Positions 60,900 through 61,282 of a stretch of DNA of 61,282 nt are shown in pieces. Numbering within the stretch: position 1 is the first letter of the stretch; the number at the start of each line of letters is the position of its first letter. The notes under the pieces were generated by a model that was not told where the DNA came from, searched no databases, and saw nothing but the letters and a program-made list of their open reading frames with translations. This DNA comes from Macrostomum lignano (Eukaryota), in NCBI GenBank assembly GCA_002269645.1, contig NIVC01000285.1:1-61282 (forward strand), in the 5' to 3' direction. A program made the translations under genes and the position numbers.

Positions 60900-61282
60900 G
60901 GAAATCTGTGTTTCTATGAAATGAATGTAGGGGAGACTCCGTGTTTCTAAAAATACTTACCAGGCGAACCTATGTTTCTAAAATTAACTACTTGAAGATT
61001 AAAGTTTCTTTAAATAACTCTAAGGAGAAACCCCTTGTCAAAAATAACTTCACGGCGAGTTCATGTTTCAAATAATAACCATAGAGAGAGTACGAGTTTC
61101 CATAAATAACTACAGGGAGAATCCATGTTTCTATAGTAACTACAGGGAGAATCTGAGTTTCTATTAATAACTACAAGGCGAATCCATATTTCCATAAATA
61201 ACTACAGGAGAATCCATGTTTCTATTAATAACTAAGGAGAATCCATGTTTCTATAGATAACTACAGGGAGAATCCTGGAAAA
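60900..61282. repeat. About 30-bp degenerate repeat (AATAACTACAGGGAGAATCCATGTTTCTAT), runs off the window
   Basis: Increasingly homogeneous toward the window end. Confidence 0.85.

Overview
Eukaryotic (metazoan) genomic DNA with GT-AG introns and no prokaryotic features. The low-complexity Ala/Gln/Gly-rich proteins and dense minisatellites resemble a free-living flatworm such as Macrostomum, but that attribution is inference. Six host genes are supported: a 3-exon two-TM TMEM100/TMEM74/PIRT-like gene carrying an apparent 1-nt frameshift (-), an intronless M13 neprilysin-like peptidase whose third Zn ligand is altered (+), two unrelated 2-exon rhodopsin-like peptide-type GPCRs (-), a 99-aa InaF-motif protein (+), and a multi-exon multi-EF-hand gene (EFCAB6-like, -). 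Mobile DNA comprises a full-length, very young Mag-type Ty3/Gypsy element (identical 198-bp LTRs, GATAC TSD) with one nonsense codon in gag, an internally deleted Tc1 (DD34E), a decayed RTE-type LINE, a tRNA-headed CORE-like SINE, a second tRNA-derived SINE family (one copy split by a MITE-like inverted repeat) and a pair of inverted minisatellite arrays. About one third of the window (roughly 20 kb, summed by eye) is about 30 different tandem arrays; these explain nearly all long low-complexity ORFs in the track. I found no single clearly new biological system. The best leads are the atypical M13 active site, the frameshifted TM gene, the nonsense-bearing young LTR element, the SINE/MITE structures and the 20-23-bp hairpin-prone repeat architecture.
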